A DNA stretch of 64,000 nucleotides, taken from NCBI GenBank assembly GCA_963674745.2, contig CAXXDV010000003.1:352001-416000 (forward strand). Direction: 5' to 3'. The position numbers and the translations under genes were made by a program. A model generated the notes under the pieces. That model saw only the letters and a program-made list of their open reading frames with translations. It did not search any database and was not told the DNA's origin. The stretch comes from Desulfosudaceae bacterium. GTDB lineage: Bacteria > Desulfobacterota > Desulfobacteria > Desulfobacterales > Desulfosudaceae. Positions 1 to 9,530 of this stretch are shown piece by piece (within the stretch, counting starts at the first letter, position 1; each line of letters starts with the position of its first letter).

Positions 1-3000
1 CGTGACGGTCTCCGCTTTCCCAACAGCGGACGCTTTGTCGTCGATATTTTCTGTTTTTAACTGGTCCCCGATGACGGATTCCAGGCCGATTACAATATCG
101 TTCAGCGTGACGCTTCTCCCCAGGCGTTCCCGGCCGGCATCGGTCATCTGGATATGGTGTTCCGCCAGTTTCTCCTCAAAGTGGGCCAACACCTCCATCC
201 GTTTGATGGAATCAATACCCAGTTCCGCGTCAATCTCCTGATCCAGTTCCAGCATATCGGCGGGATAGCCGGTCAGGTCGCCGACAATGGAGATCAGGGT
301 GGCTTTGATGTCAAACGGGGCGACGGTTGTGACGGCCGGGGCTGATGCGGCCACCTTACCGGCCGGTGGCCCCTGGGCTTCCGATACCAGGGCCTGCAGG
401 CCGTCCAGCAGGTCCGCCAGCGTATGACTGGCCACCAGGCTTTCCATTCTGCTTTCCTGAAGCGTGACGCCATGCTGCTCCAGGGCGGTCTCCAACTCCA
501 TCATGGCCTGCATCCGTTTGATGGAATCGATGCCCAGGTCGGCGTCAATTTCCTGGTCCAGTTCCAGCATTTCCACGGGGTAGCCGGTGCAGTCGCTGAC
601 GATTTCCAGCAGAATGGTTTTCACATCAAGGGATGGGATGCGTTCCTCTTTTTCCGGAACGGTTGTTTTCGTTGCCGAAAGGTCCGGGGAAGCGACCGGT
701 GGAACACTGAAGTCCGGTGGCCGGTCGGAAATGGGATGGTTTATATCCGGTTGAACCATTTCCGGCATGATTCCGTTTACTGAAACAGGGCCGATGGCGG
801 TCTCGTATCCCCGGCATTCCCCGAGCCCGGCGCGGTCTGACGATCCGCCGTTCAGCCAGGCTGTCATAACCGCTTTTTGTGTGTCCAGAAACTGACTCAT
901 TAAATCCTGAAATCTGGCAATCATCATATCATCCGTGGTCGCCGGATTCCTGTTTGTCTCTATGGGCACGGACTGGCCCTGTTGATCGGTTGGTGAAGGC
1001 ATGGTCTGGCTGTTCCACTCCCATTCAAAGGTATTAATGTTATTAAAATCCGTCGGGTTTTCGGTGTTCCCGGTTTCTGTCTCTTGCGCTTCATCGACAA
1101 AACCGACCGGTCGCGGAACAACGCGTTCCGGGGGCGGTTGGTCGGCGGGGCGAACCGTCCCGCTGCCGATGATAAAGCGGGCTTCAGGAATATCGGATTT
1201 TTCGTCAGAAAGCGTATCCTGCCGGTCAAATCGCCGGCAATCACGCCCCGCGAACAGCCGCTCCAGTTGCAACTCAACGCCGGCCACAAATATGACCGCC
1301 AGGGCATGCTGCAGTTCTGTTACGTCCGCCCTGCCTTTTTTGTTTGTGGCTACAGCCTGGTGTGGTTTGTCTTTAAGAATGGCTTTGATCAAATTGGTCA
1401 GAACGCTGTTGGCGCCGACCTCTATGAAAATCCGAGCGCCGGCTTCATACATGGCTGAAATTTCCGCTGAGAAGCGAACCGGGCTGACCAGTTGTCCGGC
1501 CATCAGTTTTTTGATTTCCGGCCCGTTTTCGGGGAAAGGGGCGGCAATGGTATTTGAAAAAACCGGTCTTTGAGGGACGCCAAAATCAATATTTTCCAGG
1601 AAATTTTCCAGTTTTGACTTCGCGGCGTCAACGAGGGGGCTATGAAAGGCGCATGCCACGGGAATTGTTTTGCATGGTATTTTCTCTTGTTCGAGTTTTT
1701 CCATAGCCGCTTTGACCCCGGCCCGGCTGCCGCTGATGACGGTCTGTGACGGTGCATTCAGGTTGGCGATCCAGACCCGATCCAGGTCTTTGAGCAGTGG
1801 GATGACTTCCGACTCAGATGCTTTGACCGCGGCCATGGTGCCGGGCTCTGACCCGGACGATTCGAGGATAAAACGCCCCCGGGCTTCGGAAATCCGGGCC
1901 AGGTCTTTTTCTGCCAGAACCCCTGCCGCAAACAGGGCGGGATATTCGCCGTAACTGTGACCGGCCGTCATATCGGGAACGACGCCCAGAGTCGTCAGCA
2001 ACTCATGCATAGCCGTGTCCACCGCGCCCATGGCAGCCTGGGTAACGTCGGCCCGGGTCAAGGCGGATTCATCGGCTTTTTTTTCTTTGTCGGTAAAATA
2101 AATCGGTGGATTAATAATTCGGCTCAGACCGGCGGGAAAAGCTTTTGCAAGATGCCGGTCGAAACGTTCCAGCGTTTCCCGGACCAGGGGAAAGGACAGG
2201 GCCAGATCGTTGAGCATACCGGGATACTGGGATCCCTGACCGGGATAAACAAAGGCGATTTTGCCTGTTTCCGAAACCGGCCTGTAGCTGAAATAGACAC
2301 CCGGGATGTGTCGGTCCCGGGTGTCTTGTTCGGCCAACAACATCAGGGCTGTCTTGATCTTGTTTTTCAGATCGTCTGTGGAGGAAGCTACGACGGCCAG
2401 GCGGACATTGTTCTCCGCCGATGGGGTCACGGCCATGGTGTAGGCCAGGTCTTTCAGGGGTGTTTCCGGATATCGGGCCAGCTGATTTTCCAGGTATTGG
2501 ATACGGCCGGTAACCGCCCCGGTTGTTTTCCCCTGAAAAACAAAAAGTTCCGATTCCCATTCCGGCTTGAAAGCCGTTTTTCCGGCGGATCCTGTCGGCC
2601 CGGAATATTCCTCCAGTACCGCGTGGAAGTTTGTTCCGCCGAAGCCGAAGGCACTGACGCCGGCCCGCCGGGGCCGGCCGGCGGTGGCAAACCAGGGCCG
2701 GGCCCGGGTGTTCAGGTATAAGGGATTGTCTTCACCGGTCAGATCGGGGACCGGTTTTTCCAGGCCTGCCGTCGGCGGGATCACCTTGTGGTGCAGGGCC
2801 AGAACGGTTTTGACCAGTGAAGCGATACCGGCCGCGCATTTGGTATGGCCGATCATTGATTTGATCGACCCTACGGCACAGCTGCGGGGGGGCATATCCG
2901 TCCCCGAGAAAAAGGCGTGCAGGGCGGCGGCTTCGGATTTGTCACCTGCGACTGTACTGGTGCCATGGGCTTCGATCAAAGAGATGGTTGCCGGTTCGAT

Positions 3001-3981
3001 AGCGGCCCTTTCATAGGCCCGGGCCAGGGCCGCGATCTGTCCCTCCGGCTTGGGAACGGTCAACCCCTTGCCGCGCCCGTCACTGGAAGCCCCGACGGAC
3101 TTAATAACGGCGTAAATCGGGTCGCCATCTCTTTCGGCGTCGGCCAGGCGCTTTAAGATAACCGTGGCCACCCCCTCTCCCAGAACAATACCATCGGCGT
3201 CCTGATCAAAGGGGATGCTTTTGCCGGTCGCGGACAGGGCGCCGACTTTGGAAAAACAGGTGTAGGCATAGGGGCTCATCAGCGTGTCCGTACCACCCAC
3301 GATGACCATATCGCTCTCCCCGGTCGCAAGCTCCAGGATACCCGTTCGCAGGGCGGCCAGGGCCGAGGCACAGGCCGCGTCAATGGTACAATTGGTGCCG
3401 CCGAGATTGAACCGGTCGGCGATCCGGCCGGCGGCAATATTGGTGATGATGCCGGTAAAGGCGTCTTCGCGCCATTCAGGGACCGCCGTACCGAGGCCGG
3501 ATAGAATATGGTCGGCACTTTCCCCGAAAAACCGGGGGACTTGCGATCGGAAACTGTATTGCTGACCCAGATCACCTTCGCCGGCGCCTGCGCCGACGAA
3601 CACGGATGTCCGGCTCCGGTTAAATTCGCGGTCCATGTAACCGGCGTCGTCCAGGGCCAGCCGGGTGCTTTCCAGGACCAGCAGCTGTGCTGTTTCGATG
3701 AATTTTAAAGCCTTGGGCGGGATGCCGAATTGAAGGGGGTTAAAAGGAATATCCGGCAGAAATGCGCCCCACTTGGATACAATACGGTCTTTCCCAGTGG
3801 GGGCGGTGTCGAAATAATACCGACTGTCCCATCTTTGAGGCGGGATCTCCGTAATCGATACAGTCCCTTTGACAATATTCTGCCAATAGGACTTTAAATC
3901 CGGTGCATCCGGAAAAAATCCGGCCATTCCGATAACAGCTATGTCAGTTACGGCACTGACATTTTGATCCGCGTGTGTCAT
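1..3981 (-). CDS. Iterative type I polyketide/PUFA synthase, PfaA-like (KS-AT-ACP-ACP...), partial, runs off the left edge
   Basis: Segments translated by hand from ATG 3981 (MTHADQNVSAVTDIAVIGMAGFFPDAP...): KS motifs DAACAS, EAHGTST, KSMIGHTKCAAG; AT motifs GHSYGE and AFHS; two tandem ACPs (TGYPVEMLELDQEIDADLGIDSIKR near 500-610, TGYPADMLELDQEIDAELGIDSIKR near 190-295). Absent from the ORF track, probably because it has no stop within the window. Confidence 0.93.
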   Translation of the reverse strand, partial: MTHADQNVSAVTDIAVIGMAGFFPDAPDLKSYWQNIVKGTVSITEIPPQRWDSRYYFDTAPTGKDRIVSKWGAFLPDIPFNPLQFGIPPKALKFIETAQLLVLESTRLALDDAGYMDREFNRSRTSVFVGAGAGEGDLGQQYSFRSQVPRFFGESADHILSGLGTAVPEWREDAFTGIITNIAAGRIADRFNLGGTNCTIDAACASALAALRTGILELATGESDMVIVGGTDTLMSPYAYTCFSKVGALSATGKSIPFDQDADGIVLGEGVATVILKRLADAERDGDPIYAVIKSVGASSDGRGKGLTVPKPEGQIAALARAYERAAIEPATISLIEAHGTSTVAGDKSEAAALHAFFSGTDMPPRSCAVGSIKSMIGHTKCAAGIASLVKTVLALHHKVIPPTAGLEKPVPDLTGEDNPLYLNTRARPWFATAGRPRRAGVSAFGFGGTNFHAVLEEYSGPTGSAGKTAFKPEWESELFVFQGKTTGAVTGRIQYLENQLARYPETPLKDLAYTMAVTPSAENNVRLAVVASSTDDLKNKIKTALMLLAEQDTRDRHIPGVYFSYRPVSETGKIAFVYPGQGSQYPGMLNDLALSFPLVRETLERFDRHLAKAFPAGLSRIINPPIYFTDKEKKADESALTRADVTQAAMGAVDTAMHELLTTLGVVPDMTAGHSYGEYPALFAAGVLAEKDLARISEARGRFILESSGSEPGTMAAVKASESEVIPLLKDLDRVWIANLNAPSQTVISGSRAGVKAAMEKLEQEKIPCKTIPVACAFHSPLVDAAKSKLENFLENIDFGVPQRPVFSNTIAAPFPENGPEIKKLMAGQLVSPVRFSAEISAMYEAGARIFIEVGANSVLTNLIKAILKDKPHQAVATNKKGRADVTELQHALAVIFVAGVELQLERLFAGRDCRRFDRQDTLSDEKSDIPEARFIIGSGTVRPADQPPPERVVPRPVGFVDEAQETETGNTENPTDFNNINTFEWEWNSQTMPSPTDQQGQSVPIETNRNPATTDDMMIARFQDLMSQFLDTQKAVMTAWLNGGSSDRAGLGECRGYETAIGPVSVNGIMPEMVQPDINHPISDRPPDFSVPPVASPDLSATKTTVPEKEERIPSLDVKTILLEIVSDCTGYPVEMLELDQEIDADLGIDSIKRMQAMMELETALEQHGVTLQESRMESLVASHTLADLLDGLQALVSEAQGPPAGKVAASAPAVTTVAPFDIKATLISIVGDLTGYPADMLELDQEIDAELGIDSIKRMEVLAHFEEKLAEHHIQMTDAGRERLGRSVTLNDIVIGLESVIGDQLKTENIDDKASAVGKAETVT

Positions 3982-4194
3982 TTACCCCCCCCAACTTCTC
4001 ATGAGAGTATTGATGATAACTGTGGATAAAACTGTTGCTTGCATATGCCGATATCAAGTGGTCATTTTTTTAAGAGCGCTTTTGATACCGAACTATTTTT
4101 AAGAAATCCCCTTTTTCTCCCCCATGGCGATCGATGACAGTATCATCAACCCCATTCTCCGATATGAACAAAAACCATAAAAAACGAACGGTTA

Positions 4195-4243
4195 AATAAA
4201 ACAAAAAGCCGGGCTGCCCGTTTTTAATCAGGGCAACCCGGCT
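4195..4243 (-). terminator. Intrinsic terminator (riboswitch expression platform) in the PKS leader
   Basis: Minus strand AGCCGGGTTGCCC-loop-GGGCAGCCCGGCT followed by TTTTTGTTTT; the 5' arm is the 3' end of the aptamer. Confidence 0.85.
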
Positions 4244-4310
4244 GTCTTTTGTTTAAAGATCCTGGGCTTTCCGTCATCCGGTCATCCGGATGTTGGCTTT
4301 TTCCTTAATT
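4224..4310 (-). ncRNA. c-di-GMP-I (GEMM-I) class cyclic dinucleotide riboswitch
   Basis: Minus strand AAGGAAAAAGCCAAC-ATCCGG-ATGA-CCGGAT-GACGGAAAGCCCAGGATCT...AGACAGCCGGGTTGCC has the GEMM-I hallmarks (P2 hairpin, GACGGAAAGCC junction, AGACAGCCGGGUUGCC 3' end) known from deltaproteobacterial examples. Confidence 0.85.
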
Positions 4311-4343
4311 TTGTACATTTGTACAGTTGTTATCTTTTTTGCA

Positions 4344-4373
4344 AACAGCGTTATTGTTAACGATAACGCTGTT
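4344..4373. promoter_or_regulatory. 30-bp near-perfect palindrome between the putative promoter and the riboswitch
   Basis: AACAGCGTTATTGTTAACGATAACGCTGTT (one mismatch); a minus-strand TTGACA lies at 4417-4422. Confidence 0.5.
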
Positions 4374-4780
4374 CCGCCTGATAACGATTTTTTAATTAAG
4401 TGTATTAAAAATCATTTGTCAAGAAAAAAATTGGACTGCCCAACATATTTTAGTTTTTCATATAACTGTTTCGATTTAAAAAGAAAATTGTTTTTCTTTT
4501 CCTTTTCAGGCACATCCTTCAAGGCTTTAAATCCGAACCGCACAGCCTTGTTCATGCGCTTTTATGGCGTGGCACGGGTCGGGACAGATGTCGAATAACA
4601 TTATGGAAAACAGTCGCTGATGATGTTTTCGAATCTGGACTATATAGTCAATTTATTAAAATGGTTTTTTATTTATTTTTTTTTATATCCCGTATATGGG
4701 TTTATGGGTGACTACGGTCCGGGCCGAGAAGTTTTTTACACGATTCGCATCCGTACAAAGACGGAGGTAAAACCGGCGTT

Positions 4781-5974
4781 ATGTTGGCGGTAGCAGACAG
4801 AAAAGTTTTTGCGACGCTTTTTTTTTCCATATTCAGTGCGGTGATGGGGGTGGGCATCGTCGTGCCGCTGATCCCCATTTATGCAGAAAGCCTGGGGGCC
4901 GGCGGTCTTTATATCGGTTTTGTTTTTGCCTCTTTTTCATTGTCCCGGTCTTTTCTGCTGCCGCTGTTCGGCAAGCTGTCCGATAAGACCGGGCGTAAAC
5001 CTTATATTTTTTTAGGGCTCTTCGGCTACACCCTGGTTTCGGTCGCATTTATCTTTTCCGATTCGGTCCAGGGCCTGATTGTTATCCGTTTTTTCCAGGG
5101 CATTGCCTCGGCCATGGTGATGCCCGTGGTTCAGGCTTATGTGGGTGATATCACACCTGAAAACATGGAAGGCCGGGTTATGGGCATGTTTAACATGTCC
5201 ATGTTCATCGGCCTGAGTATCGGCCCTTTGGCCGGCGGATTTATCAGTGATGCCCTGGGCATGCGGGGCGCGTTTCTGTGTATGGGCGTATTGACGTTTA
5301 CCGGGGCCTTGATGAGTCTGTTGTTCCTTCCCCCGGTGAAGAAAGAACCGGCCGGCCGCCGTGCTAAACAGTCACCGGCGGGCTGGGGCGTGCTTTTGAA
5401 GGATCCGGCATTATGGGCGATTCTTTCCCTTCGTTTTGCTCATGTTTTCTGCATCGGCGTTGTCTGGTGCTTTCTACCGCTGATGTCCAAGAATTTCGGG
5501 TTGTCGACAGGCACCATTGGCTTTTTGATCATGCTGGGCGTGTTCATGAGCGGTATCCTCCAGGTCCCCATGGGAAGGGTCGCCGATCAGGTGGATAAAA
5601 AAAAGATGGCCCTGCTGGGGGCGCTGATTGTGGCCCTGGATATGCTCGGCTATCAATGGGCCCGGGGGTTCTGGGGACTTCTGGCCGCCAGTATCGGTTT
5701 CGGCCTGGGCGGCGGTATTGCCATGCCGCCCTTGATGGCCATGGCCGTCATCAAAGGCGCCCGGACCGGAGCCATGGGGTCGGTCATGTCCCTGCTTACG
5801 CTGGCACACAGCCTGGGCATGCTTTTCGGTGCCCTGAGCGCCGGAATCCTGATGGATTTGTATGGCGTCCGGCAAGGCTTTTTGCTGGCGGCCATGTTTA
5901 TGCTGATGGGGGCGGTCTTTTTCGGGACCTGCTCATATCTTTATAAACGCCGGGCACAAAACGATTTACCTTGA
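4781..5974 (+). CDS. MFS transporter (DHA1-like)
   Basis: 397 aa, about 12 hydrophobic segments, motif A GKLSDKTGRK and its repeat GRVADQVDKK; RBS GGAGG. Confidence 0.92.
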   Translation: MLAVADRKVFATLFFSIFSAVMGVGIVVPLIPIYAESLGAGGLYIGFVFASFSLSRSFLLPLFGKLSDKTGRKPYIFLGLFGYTLVSVAFIFSDSVQGLIVIRFFQGIASAMVMPVVQAYVGDITPENMEGRVMGMFNMSMFIGLSIGPLAGGFISDALGMRGAFLCMGVLTFTGALMSLLFLPPVKKEPAGRRAKQSPAGWGVLLKDPALWAILSLRFAHVFCIGVVWCFLPLMSKNFGLSTGTIGFLIMLGVFMSGILQVPMGRVADQVDKKKMALLGALIVALDMLGYQWARGFWGLLAASIGFGLGGGIAMPPLMAMAVIKGARTGAMGSVMSLLTLAHSLGMLFGALSAGILMDLYGVRQGFLLAAMFMLMGAVFFGTCSYLYKRRAQNDLP

Positions 5975-6106
5975 TTGCGCCTGATTGACACCTTTATCGG
6001 GTTTCTATAAGATGTCGGGGCAATAAGCATAAGGGGCACCTCTAAAGAGTGATGTCGTCGGTTATCGCGCTGTGTCGAAAATGAATTTGAATTGCGGATT
6101 GCTTAT

Positions 6107-6826
6107 ATGTGGAAAATGGTCATGCTCATGATGGCGTCTTTTATGCTGATGCCCCCTCCGGACGGCCGGGCCGGTGATTCTCCGGACGAATGTGTTATCC
6201 TTCTGCACGGATTGGCCCGGACAGAGCGCTCGATGGAAAAGCTCGGCCGGCACCTTGCTGCCCAAGGCTACGGCGTTGTTAATGCCGGCTATCCCTCTCG
6301 AACGGCAACTGTTCAGGAACTGGCCGAAGAAACCATTCCATCGGCTGTGGCCGGGTGCCGTGACAACGGCGCCAAAAAGATCCATTTTGTCACTCATTCC
6401 ATGGGCGGTATCCTGGTCAGATATTATCTTGCTCATAACAGCCTGCCTGAACTCGGGCGGGTGGTCATGCTGGCACCGCCCAACAACGGCAGCCCGGTGG
6501 TTGATAAACTGAAAAACAATTTTACGTTCCAGTGGCTTAACGGCCCGGCCGGGCAGCAACTGGGCACCGGCGAAAGCAGCCTGCCGAAAAGCCTGGGCCC
6601 GGTCGATTTCGACCTGGGTGTCATTGCCGGGGACCGGTCGGTTAACCTGTTGTTGTCCCGGATGATCCCCGGCCCTGATGACGGCAAGGTGGCGGTGGCC
6701 GATACACGGGTCGAAGGCATGAAGGACCACATTGTCATTCATGCCACGCATCCGTTTATTATGAAAAACGCACAGGTCATTGACCAGGCACTCTTTTTTT
6801 TGAAGAAGGGGGCTTTCAAAAGATAG
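6107..6826 (+). CDS. Secreted alpha/beta hydrolase (lipase/esterase-like)
   Basis: LLHGL oxyanion region, THSMGG nucleophile elbow, DDGKV Asp and ATHPF His; signal-like N-terminus. Start uncertain. Confidence 0.85.
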   Translation: MWKMVMLMMASFMLMPPPDGRAGDSPDECVILLHGLARTERSMEKLGRHLAAQGYGVVNAGYPSRTATVQELAEETIPSAVAGCRDNGAKKIHFVTHSMGGILVRYYLAHNSLPELGRVVMLAPPNNGSPVVDKLKNNFTFQWLNGPAGQQLGTGESSLPKSLGPVDFDLGVIAGDRSVNLLLSRMIPGPDDGKVAVADTRVEGMKDHIVIHATHPFIMKNAQVIDQALFFLKKGAFKR

Positions 6827-6840
6827 GGGGAGGGCCGGGT

Positions 6841-7356
6841 ATGAATCGAAAAGCAATCAATATCAGCTGGGCCTTTATTGCCCTGGGTATGCTGGGGGTA
6901 TTTTATTCAAACCTGAATCCCGATGCCTTCTCCCGCAACATGGTTACGGATTATTTTAAAAATAATAAATCGATACTCCAACCGTATTTAAACGCTGATG
7001 CCATATATGACAATTACGCCAAAAGCGGAAATGTCTTTGTCGGGTTTTCCGGTTTTGATCTTTCAGATGAAATCCAGATGGGCATGATGGAAACGTTTTA
7101 TTTTCGTGGCGCTTATTCTTTATATCCCAGAAAAGTTTATATCGCGGACAAGGACAAGGTAGTCAATAATGCCCGGGATATGGCACGGCATAACGTCATG
7201 CCGTCGATTGATATGATCCAGAACAACCGGATAGAATACGTTCTGTTTTTAAAAAATGGATCGGATGACGGCGGTGTCGGGCTGAATGTATATACGGCTC
7301 CGAGATTTATTGAAAAGTTAAATAAAGTGCAGATAAAGCAAGGTATTGAGCGCTGA
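6841..7356 (+). CDS. Hypothetical membrane-anchored protein
   Basis: 171 aa ORF with an N-terminal hydrophobic helix, in operon-like spacing with its neighbours. Confidence 0.65.
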   Translation: MNRKAINISWAFIALGMLGVFYSNLNPDAFSRNMVTDYFKNNKSILQPYLNADAIYDNYAKSGNVFVGFSGFDLSDEIQMGMMETFYFRGAYSLYPRKVYIADKDKVVNNARDMARHNVMPSIDMIQNNRIEYVLFLKNGSDDGGVGLNVYTAPRFIEKLNKVQIKQGIER

Positions 7357-7358
7357 CC

Positions 7359-8726
7359 ATGACGCCTGTTTACGCATTAACATATATGATGTTGATTGTC
7401 TTTTTCGGCTACGTCCTGCTGGCTTTTATCTTCAAGGGTGAAAGCCTTCCGTTCTCAGAGTGTCTCGGCTTGTCCCTCGCTGTCGGTGCCGGCGCCATGG
7501 GCAGCCTGCTTTTCGGGATATCCCTGTGCGGCTTTTCGCCTTCGAGAATGGTGTTTTTATTGATTATCATACTTGTTGGCTGCCTTTACTTGATCGGGGC
7601 AAAATATCAATGGCTGGTGAAAATACAGCCTGTGGATTCAAAAGGCGATGTGGTTAATCTTGCCAACGTGATGGTGTTCTGCTCCTTTTCCCTTTTGATG
7701 GCCGGCATCGCCATCCACGCTCTCGGGTTTCCGTTGTATGAATGGGATGCCTTCAGTATATGGGGGCTCAAGGCCAAGGTGTTGTTCTATGAAAGCCTGG
7801 CCCATAAACCGGATTATTTTTATGACCTTTCTTTAAGTTTCAGTCACCTGGACTACCCCCTGGGTGTTCCCTTTCTTATTTCAGGTTTTTACGGGTTACT
7901 GGGCGAGGTAAATGATACCTGGGCAAAAATCATATTCCCGTTTTATTACCTGTCGCTGGCCCTGATTTTATACAATGGCTTTCAATGGAAACTTGATAAA
8001 CTCAAGGCGGCCTGTCTGGTATTGATCACACTGGGTGCCGGGGGCTTTGTCCGGTGGGCGGGTGCCGGTACGGCTGACCTGGCCCTGACGGTATTCTACG
8101 GGTGTGGTGTCTGTTATCTGTTAAGATACCTGGACGATCAAAAGCGCTGCCACCTGATTCTGACCGTCCTGTTTGCATATTTTTGCACTTTTACCAAAAA
8201 CGAAGGTATGGTGTTAGGCTGTTTCATCGTTTTGGTGATGTTCCTGTTTAATCTCCTTAACAGGGAAAAATCAGACTGGAAACAATTCATCGCCTGTACC
8301 GGTGTGTTTCTGGGCCTCCTCCTGCTCTGGTTGTATTGGCGTCGTGATCTGCCGCGAACCAGTGAAGATTACGCGCAACTTGCAGGGATCAAGCTTTTGC
8401 TGAATAATTTTTACCGGCTTAAAATTATATTACCCGCGTTTATCGAGCAATTGTATGCTTTCAAGCTCTGGGGCGGGATATGGGTGCTCCTGGCAGTATT
8501 CGCAATTCTTGGCAGAAAGGCCTTCAAACATCGATATGTGAAAGCCGCCTGGCTTTTGCTGGTGCTGCATGCAGGGCTCTATATGTTTGTTTTTATCATT
8601 ACCCCCTGGGATGTCCGGGAACTGCTTGACGTTTCACTGGACAGATTGATACTGCATTTCATACCCGTCACCGGCTTGCTTATCGGCCTTCACTGGGCAC
8701 GGATATCGTCTGACAGCTCAGGCTAA
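7359..8726 (+). CDS. Polytopic membrane protein, GT-C fold glycosyltransferase-like
   Basis: 455 aa, many TM helices; WDAFSIWGLKAK, HLDYPLG and TKNEG motifs resemble ArnT/PMT-like GT-C proteins. Confidence 0.65.
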   Translation: MTPVYALTYMMLIVFFGYVLLAFIFKGESLPFSECLGLSLAVGAGAMGSLLFGISLCGFSPSRMVFLLIIILVGCLYLIGAKYQWLVKIQPVDSKGDVVNLANVMVFCSFSLLMAGIAIHALGFPLYEWDAFSIWGLKAKVLFYESLAHKPDYFYDLSLSFSHLDYPLGVPFLISGFYGLLGEVNDTWAKIIFPFYYLSLALILYNGFQWKLDKLKAACLVLITLGAGGFVRWAGAGTADLALTVFYGCGVCYLLRYLDDQKRCHLILTVLFAYFCTFTKNEGMVLGCFIVLVMFLFNLLNREKSDWKQFIACTGVFLGLLLLWLYWRRDLPRTSEDYAQLAGIKLLLNNFYRLKIILPAFIEQLYAFKLWGGIWVLLAVFAILGRKAFKHRYVKAAWLLLVLHAGLYMFVFIITPWDVRELLDVSLDRLILHFIPVTGLLIGLHWARISSDSSG

Positions 8727-8758
8727 AAAAATACGCGAATTGGTGACGAATATATCAG

Positions 8759-9472
8759 TCAGGCTTCAAGCCGGCCGGCCTCGATGCGTTGGGCGTCTTC
8801 GGTTTCCATTATTTGAAGAATACGGGCATAAAGCATGGATTTCATAACGCCGACGATTTTTCGGCTTTTGCTGTGGGCCTTGCCCCAGGCGATGGCCTGG
8901 TCGGTCAGTTCGTCGATGTTATAGGCACCCAGCATAATCCCGGAGGCAACGCCCTGTTCCGCCGTCATCCGCTTGGCGGTCAACGACATCTCCCGGAAGT
9001 CCAGCGGTGGAATGATGTCCCGCAACAGGGCCACCATGCCCGGCAGAAAGGGCATGCCCAGATCGACCTCCGGAAAAAAGAAATATCCCCGGCCGGTTCG
9101 CATAAAGCGGAAATCAAAAGCGCAGGCGGCAATGGCCCCGCCGGCCGCCGCGTGGCCGGTAATGGCCGCCACCGTCAGCAGGGGCGACGTCATTAACCGG
9201 CGTAGAAATTCATTTAATTGATGGAAAAAGGCCTTGTAAACAGTTTCTTCGCCCGCTTCCATGGTCGGCAAAAGCCAGGCCAGGTCCAAACCGTTGGACC
9301 AGATTTTTTCGTGGGCCGATTCAACCACCAGTACCGTGGCTTCAGTCCTGGCTTCAATTTCATCCATGGCCGTGAGGATGGCGGTTAAGAAATCAGGGTT
9401 AAACCGGTTTTCGCCATTGTGCCAGGTCATCACAGCCACGTTCTCATCAAGACGATAATCTAACAGTGCCAT
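8759..9472 (-). CDS. Enoyl-CoA hydratase/isomerase family protein
   Basis: Crotonase motifs WSNGLDL, AAITGHAAAGG, FFPEVDLGMP. Confidence 0.9.
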   Translation of the reverse strand: MALLDYRLDENVAVMTWHNGENRFNPDFLTAILTAMDEIEARTEATVLVVESAHEKIWSNGLDLAWLLPTMEAGEETVYKAFFHQLNEFLRRLMTSPLLTVAAITGHAAAGGAIAACAFDFRFMRTGRGYFFFPEVDLGMPFLPGMVALLRDIIPPLDFREMSLTAKRMTAEQGVASGIMLGAYNIDELTDQAIAWGKAHSKSRKIVGVMKSMLYARILQIMETEDAQRIEAGRLEA

Positions 9473-9530
9473 TTTTATTCTCCTTGTTTGTCGGGCCGGA
9501 TTTGCCCAATCCGGCCGATGCTTCGAATAG

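Noticed and set aside
2..3708. Many plus-strand and short minus-strand ORFs in the track
   Set aside because: Shadow frames of the minus-strand PKS, which carries clear catalytic motifs.
4021..4029. Perfect DnaA box (TGTGGATAA)
   Set aside because: Single copy with no cluster or origin-associated genes; not evidence of oriC.
4290..4598. 102-aa ORF in the PKS/MFS intergenic region
   Set aside because: Overlaps the riboswitch and promoter elements, is AT-rich with no RBS, and has no recognisable motif.
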